Below are positions 9,476 to 18,660 of a DNA stretch of 64,000 nt, piece after piece (positions within the stretch are counted from its first letter, which is position 1; each line of letters opens with the position of its first letter). The stretch lies in NCBI GenBank assembly GCA_963768855.1, contig CAVYJM010000006.1, positions 896,001-960,000 of the forward strand. Reading direction: 5' to 3'. This DNA comes from an uncultured Thermoplasmata archaeon (GTDB lineage: Archaea > Thermoplasmatota > Thermoplasmata > RBG-16-68-12). Below the pieces are notes generated by a model. It was not told the DNA's origin. It did no database searches and saw only the letters and a program-made list of their open reading frames with translations. The position numbers were made by a program, and so were the translations under genes.

Positions 9476-10444
9476 TCAGAACGGCCTGGTGGCCAGGGCG
9501 ACCCGGATCTTCTTGGGCCCTTGGCGTTCGTAGCCGATCTCCACGGTGTCCCCGATCCGCTTCCCGCGCAGCGCCTCCACGAGGTCCGAGACGTCGGCCA
9601 AGGGGCGACCGTCGAGCGAAGTGAGAACGTCCCCGACCTGGAGTCCCGCGGCCCCCGCGGGTCCGCCCTCGGACAGTTCCACGAGGAAGACGCCCTGGGA
9701 GACGGGCAGCTGGTAGTAGTGGGCGATCCGCCGGTCGACGTCGTAGCCCACGACACCCAGCCAGGCCCTCTGCGCCTTCCCTTGGGCGATGATCTGCGCC
9801 GCAACATCCCGGGCCACGTTGATGGGCACCGCGAAGCCAATGCCCTCCGCGTAGGGGATCGTCGCCGCGTTGAGGGCAATGACCCGCCCCCGCAGGTCGA
9901 CGAGCGGGCCTCCGCTGTTCCCCGGGTTCACGGCGGCATCCGTCTGGATGACCTGGAGGCCGTCCCCCTCCCCGAGCTGGATGCTCCGGTGGAGGGAGCT
10001 CACGACCCCGGAGGTCACGGTCGGTCCGCCGGGCAGCCCGAGGGGGTTGCCGATCGCGAGGACGGGCTGGCCCACCTTGAGCCGGTCCGAGTCGCCGAAC
10101 TCCGCGGGCGTGAGGTGGTCTCCGTCCACCTTGACGACCGCGACATCCGTGTCCTCATCCGCACCGAGTACCCTCCCGCCGAGGACCCGACCGTCCCCGA
10201 GTCCGACGAGGATCCGCTCCGCCCCGTCGACCGTGTGGGCGTTCGTCAGGATGCGTCCCTCCGTGTCCATCACGACCCCGGAACCGATGCCCCGCCGCGG
10301 GTACGGCCGGAAGGGCGGGTTGTGAAAGGCACCCGCGACGCTGATGCTCACCGTGCTGGCCCCTGCGCGCTCCACGGCCTGCGTGTAGGCCGTCTCGAGG
10401 TCCGCGATCATGGTCTCGGGCTGGACAAGGCGGGCCCGGGTCAT
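9476..10444 (-). CDS. HtrA/DegP-like trypsin protease with PDZ domain
   Basis: GSG, TNAH, DVAVVK, TDAAVNPGNSGGPL triad motifs; C-terminal PDZ. Confidence 0.9.
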   Translation of the reverse strand: MTRARLVQPETMIADLETAYTQAVERAGASTVSISVAGAFHNPPFRPYPRRGIGSGVVMDTEGRILTNAHTVDGAERILVGLGDGRVLGGRVLGADEDTDVAVVKVDGDHLTPAEFGDSDRLKVGQPVLAIGNPLGLPGGPTVTSGVVSSLHRSIQLGEGDGLQVIQTDAAVNPGNSGGPLVDLRGRVIALNAATIPYAEGIGFAVPINVARDVAAQIIAQGKAQRAWLGVVGYDVDRRIAHYYQLPVSQGVFLVELSEGGPAGAAGLQVGDVLTSLDGRPLADVSDLVEALRGKRIGDTVEIGYERQGPKKIRVALATRPF

Positions 10445-10469
10445 GTTGACTAGACGCGGGGCGCCCCGG

Positions 10470-12524
10470 TCACGCGACGGCAATCGGGCAGTAGTACGCG
10501 CAGGATGGCGCAGCCGCGTACACCACGGAGGCGATCTCCGAGAGGTCTGCGGGGGAGCTCGCGAGGACCTCCGTCTCGGACACCGTGTACAGGACCTCCC
10601 CGATGTACAGGGACCGCCGGATCTGTTGCGCGGAGTTGTACCAGCCGTACGTCGCGTTCACCGTGCCATTCCCGTGCGCGATTCGCCCGACGTACTCGAA
10701 CCCGGTCGTCTCGTTGACGCGGTACACGTAGGCGCCCTGCCAGACGACGTTGCCCCAGGCGTACGGGGGGACGCCGTCCGGATACTGGGTCGGGTCGACG
10801 ATCGCGAGGTCGACCGGGAGGACGATGTACTGCCAGCCGGGCACGTAGAGGAAGGCGTGGGGGTCGCTCAGGACCTCGGACTGCGTGCCGCGGTCCCCGA
10901 TCGTCACGTTGGCCGTTTCGCTCGGGGCCGTCGCGTTCGTGACGTCGTACAGCCCGAGCTTGAGACCCTGGTACCACGAGAAGTTCCCCTGATCCGCAGG
11001 GAGAGCGTCCTTCCCGACTCCCACCAGGTGGCCCGCGTCGAGCGGGTAGAGGTATTCGGAGAAGCCGGGCATCTCCAGGAAGCCGCTGACCTTCGGGGTG
11101 GCCGGATCGGACAGGTCGATCACGAAGAGCGGGTCGATCTTGCGGAACGTGACCACGTACGCGCGGTCCTCGAGGAACCGCACCGCGAAGATGCTCTCGC
11201 CCGGCGCCAGCCCGGTCACCGAGCCCAACAGGTTCAGGGATGGGTCGAAGGCGTAGACGTTGTTCGTCACGGACGTCCCGTTCACGGTGAACGAGCGGTC
11301 GGTCGTCGCGACGCGCAATCCGCCGTGCCACTCGTCCATGGAGTACTGGCTGAGGAGGGAACCCGCGACGTTCGCCGAGGCCACGGCCTCGATGTCCAGC
11401 CCGTCCGCGGTCAGCTTGTAGATCGTGGTCCAGGTCGCGCCCGCCTGGAACGGCAGGATCATGGGCGCGAGGGCCACGGAGGGCACGGCCCACTTGTAGA
11501 ACGCGAGGTACAGCGCCGTCGGCGACATGTAGAGGACCGAGGACCCGCCCGTCACGACCGACATGGGCTTCGCTTCGCCCGTGCCGAGGTCGATGGCGAG
11601 GAGGTTCGTGTAGTCCCAGGCGTCCTGGGACTGGGGATCGCGGTAGATCTCCCCCGGCGCGAGATCGCGGCACGGTCCGTCCGCGCACACCTGCGGCGGA
11701 AGGTACGTCCCGTTGACCTGGGGGATCCACTCGTCCGCGACCAGGTAGACGGTGGACCCGACCATCCTGCCGGTCGAGGCCGATCCGCCGATCGCGATCG
11801 TGTGCTCCAGGACGGGCGAGCTCGGGTCAGAAACGTCGAAGAGGAAAGCGAACGTCTGTTGTGGGGAGACGAGCGGGGCCATCGGCAGGGGGGTCGGGGC
11901 CGCGAGCATGGGCCCGGGCGCCCCGCCCCCCACTGCACCCCCCCACGAGTAGGCGTAGGAATCGGCGACGACGAGGAGCTTCGCCCCGTCCAGGAAGAGT
12001 CCGACGGAGGAGGTCGCGTTACTTCCCGTCAGCGGGAAGGTCAGGTTCCCGAGAGCGACTCGACTGACGACATGCATGTCCGCCGCGGGGTGCGCGAGCA
12101 GGATGACGAGTTCGCTTTGGGACGCCAGGTACAGGTACGTCCCGTCCGTTTTGACCATGTCGAGTTCATCGACACCCGCCACCTGGACGTTCGTCCCCGA
12201 GTACGAAGGCCCGGAGGAGCCCGGCGGAACGCCCGCCGTGGGGGAGCCATTCGGCGACGCGGCGGGTCCTGAGATGAGGCCGGAGCCCCACCCGCTCGTC
12301 TCCTGGGCGGAGTGGGCGCCGCTCACGAAGCTCGTGAGCTCGGAGTAGCTCGCGAACGGGAGGAGCCCGGAGGCGGGCGGCGCGGCCGCGATGAGCAACG
12401 CCGCGGACGCGGATACGGTCAGGGTGACCAGCACGAGGAGCACGCCAATCTGTTTCCGGGCCCACATCAGGGTCCGAGAGGTCCGGGGGGATACTTCAAA
12501 CGCCGTTGTTTGTGAGGTGTCCAC
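10470..12524 (-). CDS. Secreted/anchored beta-propeller domain protein (Beta_propel-like)
   Basis: N-terminal hydrophobic segment; YSGTNVQVAGVDELDMVKTDG, GESIFAVRF, VTFRKIDPLFVIDLSDP, GFSEYLYP. Confidence 0.85.
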   Translation of the reverse strand: MDTSQTTAFEVSPRTSRTLMWARKQIGVLLVLVTLTVSASAALLIAAAPPASGLLPFASYSELTSFVSGAHSAQETSGWGSGLISGPAASPNGSPTAGVPPGSSGPSYSGTNVQVAGVDELDMVKTDGTYLYLASQSELVILLAHPAADMHVVSRVALGNLTFPLTGSNATSSVGLFLDGAKLLVVADSYAYSWGGAVGGGAPGPMLAAPTPLPMAPLVSPQQTFAFLFDVSDPSSPVLEHTIAIGGSASTGRMVGSTVYLVADEWIPQVNGTYLPPQVCADGPCRDLAPGEIYRDPQSQDAWDYTNLLAIDLGTGEAKPMSVVTGGSSVLYMSPTALYLAFYKWAVPSVALAPMILPFQAGATWTTIYKLTADGLDIEAVASANVAGSLLSQYSMDEWHGGLRVATTDRSFTVNGTSVTNNVYAFDPSLNLLGSVTGLAPGESIFAVRFLEDRAYVVTFRKIDPLFVIDLSDPATPKVSGFLEMPGFSEYLYPLDAGHLVGVGKDALPADQGNFSWYQGLKLGLYDVTNATAPSETANVTIGDRGTQSEVLSDPHAFLYVPGWQYIVLPVDLAIVDPTQYPDGVPPYAWGNVVWQGAYVYRVNETTGFEYVGRIAHGNGTVNATYGWYNSAQQIRRSLYIGEVLYTVSETEVLASSPADLSEIASVVYAAAPSCAYYCPIAVA

Positions 12525-12556
12525 CTAACGTTGCATGCGTGCAACCCAATCCAAGG

Positions 12557-13444
12557 TCAGGCGGCGTGCGCCTCATCGAGGTTCGGGTCATGCCGCGCGG
12601 GCTCGACATGGACCACGAGCTCCGACACGCTCGGCACGGCCTGCTGCACGGCCCGCTCCACGCCGTGGGCGAGCCCGTGCGCCGACTCGAGCGTCGACCC
12701 CCGGGTGACGTGGACCACCAGATCGATCAGGATGGTCCGGCCGGACATGCGTCCGCGGAGGCTGTGGACCTCGGAGACTCCCGGGACATGGGTCACGGCG
12801 TCCCGGACCTGCTCCAGGACTTCCGCGGGTGGCGCCGCGTCCACGAGGACTTCCAGGTTCCGACGTCCCATCCGAAACGCGGTGGCCAGGAACACGATCG
12901 CGATCGCGACCGCGCCCACGAGGTCCATCACAGGATAGCCCAGATAGGCCATGCCAACTCCGAAGAGGACGCCGACTTTGCCGATTGCGTCCGTCCCGAA
13001 ATGGTAGGCGTCCGCCTGGAGCGCGGAGCTGCCGAGCACGTCCCCGCGGCGCGAGATGTACCGGTACAGCCCGATGTCCAAGGCCATCGTGCCGAGGACC
13101 GCGGCGAGCGCGATCGCGCTGATGTGGATCGTGAAGCCGGTGAAGAGCCTCCGCACCGCTTCCTCGATGACCGTGACGCCGATGATTGCGATCAGCACCA
13201 TCTGGATGAGGGCTGCCGCGTTCTCGTACCGGGAGTACCCGTAACCGTGGCGCGAATCTGCATGCCGCAGAGCCATCACGATCCCGGAGACCGCGACGAG
13301 CGATCCAGCAAGGTCCACGCCGGAGTGGAACGCATCAGCGAGGATGGCAAGGCTGCCGGTGTACCACGCGATCGTGAGCTCGACCACGGTGAGCCCCGCG
13401 TTCGAGCCGATGGAAAGGCCCGCCACGCGCAGCTTCGGGTGCAC
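12557..13444 (-). CDS. Cation diffusion facilitator (CDF) transporter
   Basis: SLAILADAFHS, ALQADAYH, C-terminal dimerisation domain (VHVEP). Confidence 0.9.
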   Translation of the reverse strand: MHPKLRVAGLSIGSNAGLTVVELTIAWYTGSLAILADAFHSGVDLAGSLVAVSGIVMALRHADSRHGYGYSRYENAAALIQMVLIAIIGVTVIEEAVRRLFTGFTIHISAIALAAVLGTMALDIGLYRYISRRGDVLGSSALQADAYHFGTDAIGKVGVLFGVGMAYLGYPVMDLVGAVAIAIVFLATAFRMGRRNLEVLVDAAPPAEVLEQVRDAVTHVPGVSEVHSLRGRMSGRTILIDLVVHVTRGSTLESAHGLAHGVERAVQQAVPSVSELVVHVEPARHDPNLDEAHAA

Positions 13445-13542
13445 GCCGCGGCGAGTTAGGAGGGCCTATTTCCCCGTTTGGTCCATATCTCACGACACCG
13501 GTGGGGTCGGTGGTAGGGCGATGGGTTAAGAGGGGGAGGGAC

Positions 13543-14010
13543 ATGCAGCGGGCCATGAGCCAGGTCATCCTCCGAACGACCATGGGCGACATCCGCGTTG
13601 AGCTCTTCGAAGACTCGATGCCGATTACGGCGGGCAATTTCCGGAAGCTCGTCGAGAAGGGGTTCTTCAATGGGGTCATCTTCCACCGCGTGATTCCAGG
13701 ATTCATGATTCAAGGAGGAGACCCCACGGGCACGGGGATGGGCGGCCCCGGGTACACGATCAAGGACGAGTTCACGGGGAGCAACCGGAACGCCCGCGGG
13801 ACCCTGTCCATGGCGAACGCAGGACCCAATACGGGCGGGAGCCAGTTCTTCATCAACGTGGTCGACAACAACAGCCTCGATCGGAAGCATCCCGTCTTCG
13901 GTAAGGTCACCTTAGGCATGGAGGTCGTGGACGCGATCAGCAAGGTCCCGCGGAATCGCCAGGACCGCCCGACGACCAACGTGGTCATCAAGACCGCGAC
14001 CCTCGCCTAG
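13543..14010 (+). CDS. Cyclophilin-type peptidyl-prolyl isomerase
   Basis: FHRVIPGFMIQGGDP, LSMANAGPNTGGSQFFIN; GGAGG SD. Confidence 0.95.
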   Translation: MQRAMSQVILRTTMGDIRVELFEDSMPITAGNFRKLVEKGFFNGVIFHRVIPGFMIQGGDPTGTGMGGPGYTIKDEFTGSNRNARGTLSMANAGPNTGGSQFFINVVDNNSLDRKHPVFGKVTLGMEVVDAISKVPRNRQDRPTTNVVIKTATLA

Positions 14011-14153
14011 GCTCCCGACCGGTCCCACGGGCTACGGCGCCCCCGCAAGGCGCGGCCCGGACCGTTAGGCATGCCTAAACTCGAACAATACGTACCATGC
14101 CACCCGCCCGTTGATATTCCTCCTGGCTTTAGGTCGACCTAAGAGGCATCGGT

Positions 14154-14786
14154 ATGGCAGCGAACGAGAATGGAACAACGTCCCGGGCAGGCGTGCTTGA
14201 GCGGCGGATGAAGGGCCCGCGGCCGGCGAGGTCCGGCACGATTGTGATGATTGGGGCCGTGGTGCTGGTGGTCGGTCTTCTCGTCGGCGGGATCCTGGGG
14301 CACGTAGCGGCCCCGCCCGTCGTGACGAGCTCGGGGACGGATCACCTGTATCTTTCCGTCGCCTACGACCCCTACACCGGGCTCGACAAGTACTTCCCCG
14401 CGAACTTCACGGTACCCGCGAACGTGCCCGTCCTGATCACGATCACGAACTATGACAACGGGACAAACGTCGTTCCGGCCACCTTCTCGCAGGTCCTCGG
14501 GACCGTCGGCGGCACGGAGACGGTCACGAACGCGACGGCGAGCGGCGTGGCACTGACCTCGGTCCCCGCGGACCAGATCGCCCACACGTTCACGATGGAC
14601 GCCGCTTCCGTCAGCATTAACGTCCCGATCCCCGCGGCCCAGGACACGACGCCGACCGTGGTGACCTTCACGGTCGTCTTCACGACCACCGGACAGTTCA
14701 TCTGGCACTGCATGGCCCCGTGCGACATGGACGCAATGAAGACCCCCGGGTTCATGATGGGGACCGTCACAGTCGTGAGCGCCTAG
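14154..14786 (+). CDS. Membrane-anchored cupredoxin-fold protein (sulfocyanin/CoxB-like) with atypical ligand loop
   Basis: One TM helix, then FPANFTVP, AHTFT, WHCMAPCDMDAMKTPGFMMG. Confidence 0.7.
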   Translation: MAANENGTTSRAGVLERRMKGPRPARSGTIVMIGAVVLVVGLLVGGILGHVAAPPVVTSSGTDHLYLSVAYDPYTGLDKYFPANFTVPANVPVLITITNYDNGTNVVPATFSQVLGTVGGTETVTNATASGVALTSVPADQIAHTFTMDAASVSINVPIPAAQDTTPTVVTFTVVFTTTGQFIWHCMAPCDMDAMKTPGFMMGTVTVVSA

Positions 14787-14818
14787 AGGTGCGGGATTCG
14801 AGACGCAGTGATACTCAC

Positions 14819-14873
14819 GGGAGCGGGGCGACCGATGCCTCGAGGATGACCCCCGCTCCCCTCTCTTCTTTTT
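14819..14873 (+). terminator. Hairpin plus pyrimidine tract
   Basis: GGGAGCGGGG (14819-14828) / CCCCGCTCCC (14851-14860) followed by CTCTCTTCTTTTT. Confidence 0.6.
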
Positions 14874-14923
14874 GCAGGACCACTCAGACGGGAGTCCTTA
14901 TCCCCGTCGGCAGATGACGGTCC

Positions 14924-15739
14924 GTGGCGCGGATCCGCTACGACCTTCCGGGAGACCTGCGTCCCTCCTCGCTCGCGGAGCGGCGGACGTTCTACGCCCG
15001 CCTCATGGACTACGATGCCGCGGAGCGCTGGTTCTCCGGCTTCCCGGGCGAACACGTCTTCGCGCTGATCCTCGGCCGGCACTCGGGAATCTATCCGCGC
15101 CGGTTCCGGTCGCTGAAGAACATCTCCCTGCTCGTCGAGGACGCCCGAACCGTGCGGGACCTTCGGCCGTACCTCCTGAAGTACCTCCCGGAGGGCGTTT
15201 ACTATGACCGCAACGCCTACGCGTCCGTGCGCGAGGCCCAGGCTGCTCGACTAGATTACGCCCATTCGTGGCGGAGCCGGCTCTTCCTCGGGCAGGAGCT
15301 CGCCTTCGACCTGGATCCTGAGAACCTCTACTGCCCGATCCACGGGGACATCGTCGCGAAGATGCGCCGCCACCAGGGCCTCTCCTTCTGCGACTGGGAG
15401 TTCGAGGAGACGCGGCGCCAGGCCGGGGAGCTCCACGACCTGCTGGCCCGGGAATGGTCACGCCTGTCGGTCGTCTACTCCGGGCGCGGGTTCCACATCC
15501 ACGTCTTCGACGCGGACGCCTACTGCCTGACCAAGACGGAACGCACGCGGATCGCCCGGCGCTACGGCCAACGCTTCGCCCTCGACGAGTGGGTCACCTC
15601 GGGGGAGATGCGGCTCATCCGCCTGCCGCATTCCCTGCACGGCATGGTCTCGAGGGTCGTCGTTCCCGTACCGCGCAAGGCGCTGCCGGACTTCCGTTAC
15701 GACGATCCCCGCACGACCCCGAGGTTTGCGCGGCGCTGA
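14924..15739 (+). CDS. Archaeo-eukaryotic primase small-subunit (PriS-like) protein
   Basis: ELAFDLD, SGRGFH and RLIRLPHSLH motifs. Confidence 0.8.
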   Translation: MARIRYDLPGDLRPSSLAERRTFYARLMDYDAAERWFSGFPGEHVFALILGRHSGIYPRRFRSLKNISLLVEDARTVRDLRPYLLKYLPEGVYYDRNAYASVREAQAARLDYAHSWRSRLFLGQELAFDLDPENLYCPIHGDIVAKMRRHQGLSFCDWEFEETRRQAGELHDLLAREWSRLSVVYSGRGFHIHVFDADAYCLTKTERTRIARRYGQRFALDEWVTSGEMRLIRLPHSLHGMVSRVVVPVPRKALPDFRYDDPRTTPRFARR

Positions 15740-15829
15740 TCACTTCTTCGCGCGCTTTTCCTTGCGCCCGGAGTAGTACGCCTTCTTCTTGGCGGCCTTC
15801 TTGCCGCCCTTCTTGGCCTTCTTCGGCAT
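15740..15829 (-). CDS. Candidate 29-aa lysine-rich microprotein
   Basis: MPKKAKKGGKKAAKKKAYYSGRKEKRAKK; all 13 Lys codons are AAG; below the ORF-track length cutoff. Confidence 0.6.
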   Translation of the reverse strand: MPKKAKKGGKKAAKKKAYYSGRKEKRAKK

Positions 15830-15956
15830 CGCGGCGAGATAGGCCGGACGGGGGTTCAACCCTTCGGCGGAGGGCGGGAGGGCGTCCTCCGAGGAGATCC
15901 GGTCGGCAAAAGGAGATGGGGTGGGCGCCGACCTCGGCGCGGGTCGGTCGGTCCAC

Positions 15957-16355
15957 CTAGTGTTCGCACGTGCAGGCTTCGTCGGAGACGGGTTGGTTGG
16001 GCTGGACCGTCAGGATCAAGGCGGAAGTCGCCAGGACCTCGCAGGGATGATCCAGGTCCGCATGGGGGTGCTCCCTTGCCCGCCCGTTGAGGCCCTCTTC
16101 GTCGAAGTGGACGGCGGCAAGCCCCGGACGTAGCGAGGCGGACGGCGCACCCGAAGCGGCCGAGCGCGGAAGGCGTAGACGCGAGGCCAGCCACGCGCGG
16201 ACTCCGTTCCCCCACGGCGTGCGGGCTGGCATGGCGGAGAGGGCCCAGGCGAGGTTCGTTGAGGCGTGCTCCGTGCGGGCGTAGCGCAGGAGCTCCTCAG
16301 ACACCGACGGAGCGATGTAGGGCGGGACCCGATACAAATCCGACGGGGGGATCAT
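15957..16355 (-). CDS. Hypothetical protein
   Basis: GGAGGT SD upstream; no family recognised. Confidence 0.5.
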   Translation of the reverse strand: MIPPSDLYRVPPYIAPSVSEELLRYARTEHASTNLAWALSAMPARTPWGNGVRAWLASRLRLPRSAASGAPSASLRPGLAAVHFDEEGLNGRAREHPHADLDHPCEVLATSALILTVQPNQPVSDEACTCEH

Positions 16356-16525
16356 CGCATCGACCTCCGGAGAGCCGTGATCTCCAGGGAGATCCGCTTC
16401 GTTCCACTCAGCTCACGATTCACGCGGTCTTTTGCGCCGATGTTACGCATGTTTTTGCCACCCCAATGGCTGTTTGGCCAATACACACACCCACTATTAA
16501 AACTACCGATTGTCCGACCCAAACA

Positions 16526-16562
16526 CTTATATGTAGGCCTACAATATCTATTGATTCGGTAG
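16526..16562 (+). promoter_or_regulatory. TATA box and palindromes upstream of the ArsR gene
   Basis: CTTATAT, then TGTAGGCCTACA (16532-16543) and CAATA-TC-TATTG (16542-16553). Confidence 0.45.
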
Positions 16563-16569
16563 GTTCGGC

Positions 16570-17178
16570 ATGAAGTCTTTCAAGGTGATCAGCGACCCGG
16601 CGGCCTTCCAGCTTCTGGCGGACGAGACGCGGCGCCGGGTCATCTACCTCCTGCGGGCGAAGGAAATGACCGTGGCGCAGATCGCCGAGGAACTCAAGCT
16701 GACCCCCCAGGCCATCTACCACCACATCCGCAAGCTGAAGGACGCGGAGATGGTCGAGGTTGCGCGCGAGGAGCGCGTAGACCACTTCATCGAGACGTAC
16801 TACCGCGCGACGGCCGAGATGTTCAACCTCGCCCATGGCGAGGCGGGGAGCGCCAAGGTGATGGAGGAGGAGGTCCGCGAGGCGCTCGGAGCCCTGGTCA
16901 AGCTCGAGCTCTCCGCCAAGGTGGACGACGGCACGGTCACGAAGGTCGTCGAGCTCATCAAGCGCATGAAGGAGCCGGACGCAGGGTCGCCGTGGACAGA
17001 GAAGGTCAACGAGCTCGAGGACGTGAGCTACCTCGCCAAGCAGGAGCTGCTCGAGTTCACCTACCTCATGACAATCAGCGACCACGAGTTCGAGAGCTTC
17101 CTGAAATGCTACCGGGACCTCCGGAAGGCCCTCCGTTCGACGGTTAAACAGCCCGTGGCAGCTCCCTCCAAGCGGTGA
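16570..17178 (+). CDS. ArsR/HTH_20 family transcriptional regulator
   Basis: LADETRRRVIYLL...MTVAQIAEEL...QAIYHHIRKL...ETYYRAT. Confidence 0.9.
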   Translation: MKSFKVISDPAAFQLLADETRRRVIYLLRAKEMTVAQIAEELKLTPQAIYHHIRKLKDAEMVEVAREERVDHFIETYYRATAEMFNLAHGEAGSAKVMEEEVREALGALVKLELSAKVDDGTVTKVVELIKRMKEPDAGSPWTEKVNELEDVSYLAKQELLEFTYLMTISDHEFESFLKCYRDLRKALRSTVKQPVAAPSKR

Positions 17179-17239
17179 GGACGCCCTCCCGTCGTGTGGC
17201 GGGACCATCTCTATCGGGTCCCACGCTCCTCGCCCGTGC

Positions 17240-17617
17240 ATGCGAGCGCGGTTCCGATACACGGGCATCCGGGTGCGCGACTTGGACCGTTCCCTGACAT
17301 TCTACACGAACGTCCTGGGCATGCGGGTCATCGGCGGGGGAACGATGCCCCATGGTGGCCGCTACGTGCATCTCCGAACCCCCGGATCCCAGCAGCGACT
17401 CGAACTCAACTGGTACCCCAAGGGGAGCCGCTTCTATGCTCCGTACCGCGCTGGGGAGGAGATGGACCATCTCGCGTTCGTCGTGGACGACGTGCGCAAG
17501 GCCTACCGCGAGCTCGTGCGGAAAGGAGCTCAGCCGGCGGTGGATCCGGCCCACTCCAAAGGCACCGAGGTCTACGTAAAGGACCCCGATGGCGTCTGGA
17601 TCGAGCTCCTCCAGTAA
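17240..17617 (+). CDS. VOC/glyoxalase family protein
   Basis: IRVRDLDRSLTFY, DHLAFVVDD, DPDGVWIEL. Confidence 0.9.
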   Translation: MRARFRYTGIRVRDLDRSLTFYTNVLGMRVIGGGTMPHGGRYVHLRTPGSQQRLELNWYPKGSRFYAPYRAGEEMDHLAFVVDDVRKAYRELVRKGAQPAVDPAHSKGTEVYVKDPDGVWIELLQ

Positions 17618-17748
17618 CGGTCCGGGGAACCCGAGACCCTCGCCCCTTCGGCGGGAGATTTAGGTCCACCAAAAATCCGAACCCTGCGAGCCATTGCTCC
17701 GCGCTTTCGTAGAAGGCTCTTATATACGGCCGCGCCGTGAGAGGACCG

Positions 17749-18633
17749 ATGTCGGATTCCCAATCCCACCCAACGCGCGCGATCGAGGCCGTACTCCCCA
17801 GCCGCGAGACGATCGAGGGCGCGGGCGTGCACCTGCGGCGGGCCTTCGGCTACTACGAGGTCCCCAAGCTCGACCCGTTCCTCCTCCTGGACGACTTCCG
17901 CTCCCAGAATCCCGCCGACTTCGTCGCGGGGTTCCCGTGGCATCCCCACCGCGGGATCGAGACGGTCACCTACATGCTCGACGGCTTCGTCCAGCACGAG
18001 GACAGCCTCGGGAACAAGGGCGTCATCCGGTCGGGCGACGTGCAGTGGATGACCGCGGGGAACGGGATCATCCACCAGGAGATGCCGAAGCACCTCGACG
18101 ACGGGAAGATGGGCGGGTTCCAGCTGTGGGTCAACCTCCCTGCGAACCACAAGATGATGGACCCCCGCTACCAGGAGGTCCAGAGCGCGGGCATCCCGCA
18201 GTTCGAGGCCTCAAAGGGCGTGACCGTGCGGGTCATCGCGGGCCAGGTCGGTGACGTGCGCGGTCCGGTCCGGGACATCGTTGTCGAGCCCGAGTACCTG
18301 GACGTCCAGATCGCCCCGCACGCGGTCTTCGACCACCCGGTGAAGAAGGGTCACCGGGCCTTCGCCTACGTGCTCGGGGGCCGGGGCCGCTTCGACGACG
18401 ACAGCGGTGAGGTCGTCGACTCCGAGAACCTCGTCCTTTTCCGGGATGGGGAGCGCGTGCGAGTCGAGGCGATGGACCGCCCGCTGCGGTTCCTCCTGGT
18501 CTCCGGCAAGCCGCTCCACGAGCCCGTGGCGTGGTGGGGTCCGATCGTGATGAACAACCGGCGGGAACTGGAGACCGCGGTCCAGGAGTTCCAAGACGGC
18601 ACGTTCGTCAAGCACCGCGCCGCAACGGTCTGA
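17749..18633 (+). CDS. Pirin family protein
   Basis: DPFLLLD, GFPWHPHRGIETVTY, QWMTAGNGIIHQE, GPIVMN. Confidence 0.95.
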   Translation: MSDSQSHPTRAIEAVLPSRETIEGAGVHLRRAFGYYEVPKLDPFLLLDDFRSQNPADFVAGFPWHPHRGIETVTYMLDGFVQHEDSLGNKGVIRSGDVQWMTAGNGIIHQEMPKHLDDGKMGGFQLWVNLPANHKMMDPRYQEVQSAGIPQFEASKGVTVRVIAGQVGDVRGPVRDIVVEPEYLDVQIAPHAVFDHPVKKGHRAFAYVLGGRGRFDDDSGEVVDSENLVLFRDGERVRVEAMDRPLRFLLVSGKPLHEPVAWWGPIVMNNRRELETAVQEFQDGTFVKHRAATV

Positions 18634-18660
18634 TCGGCCCCTCTCCGGGGGCCCGGACGC

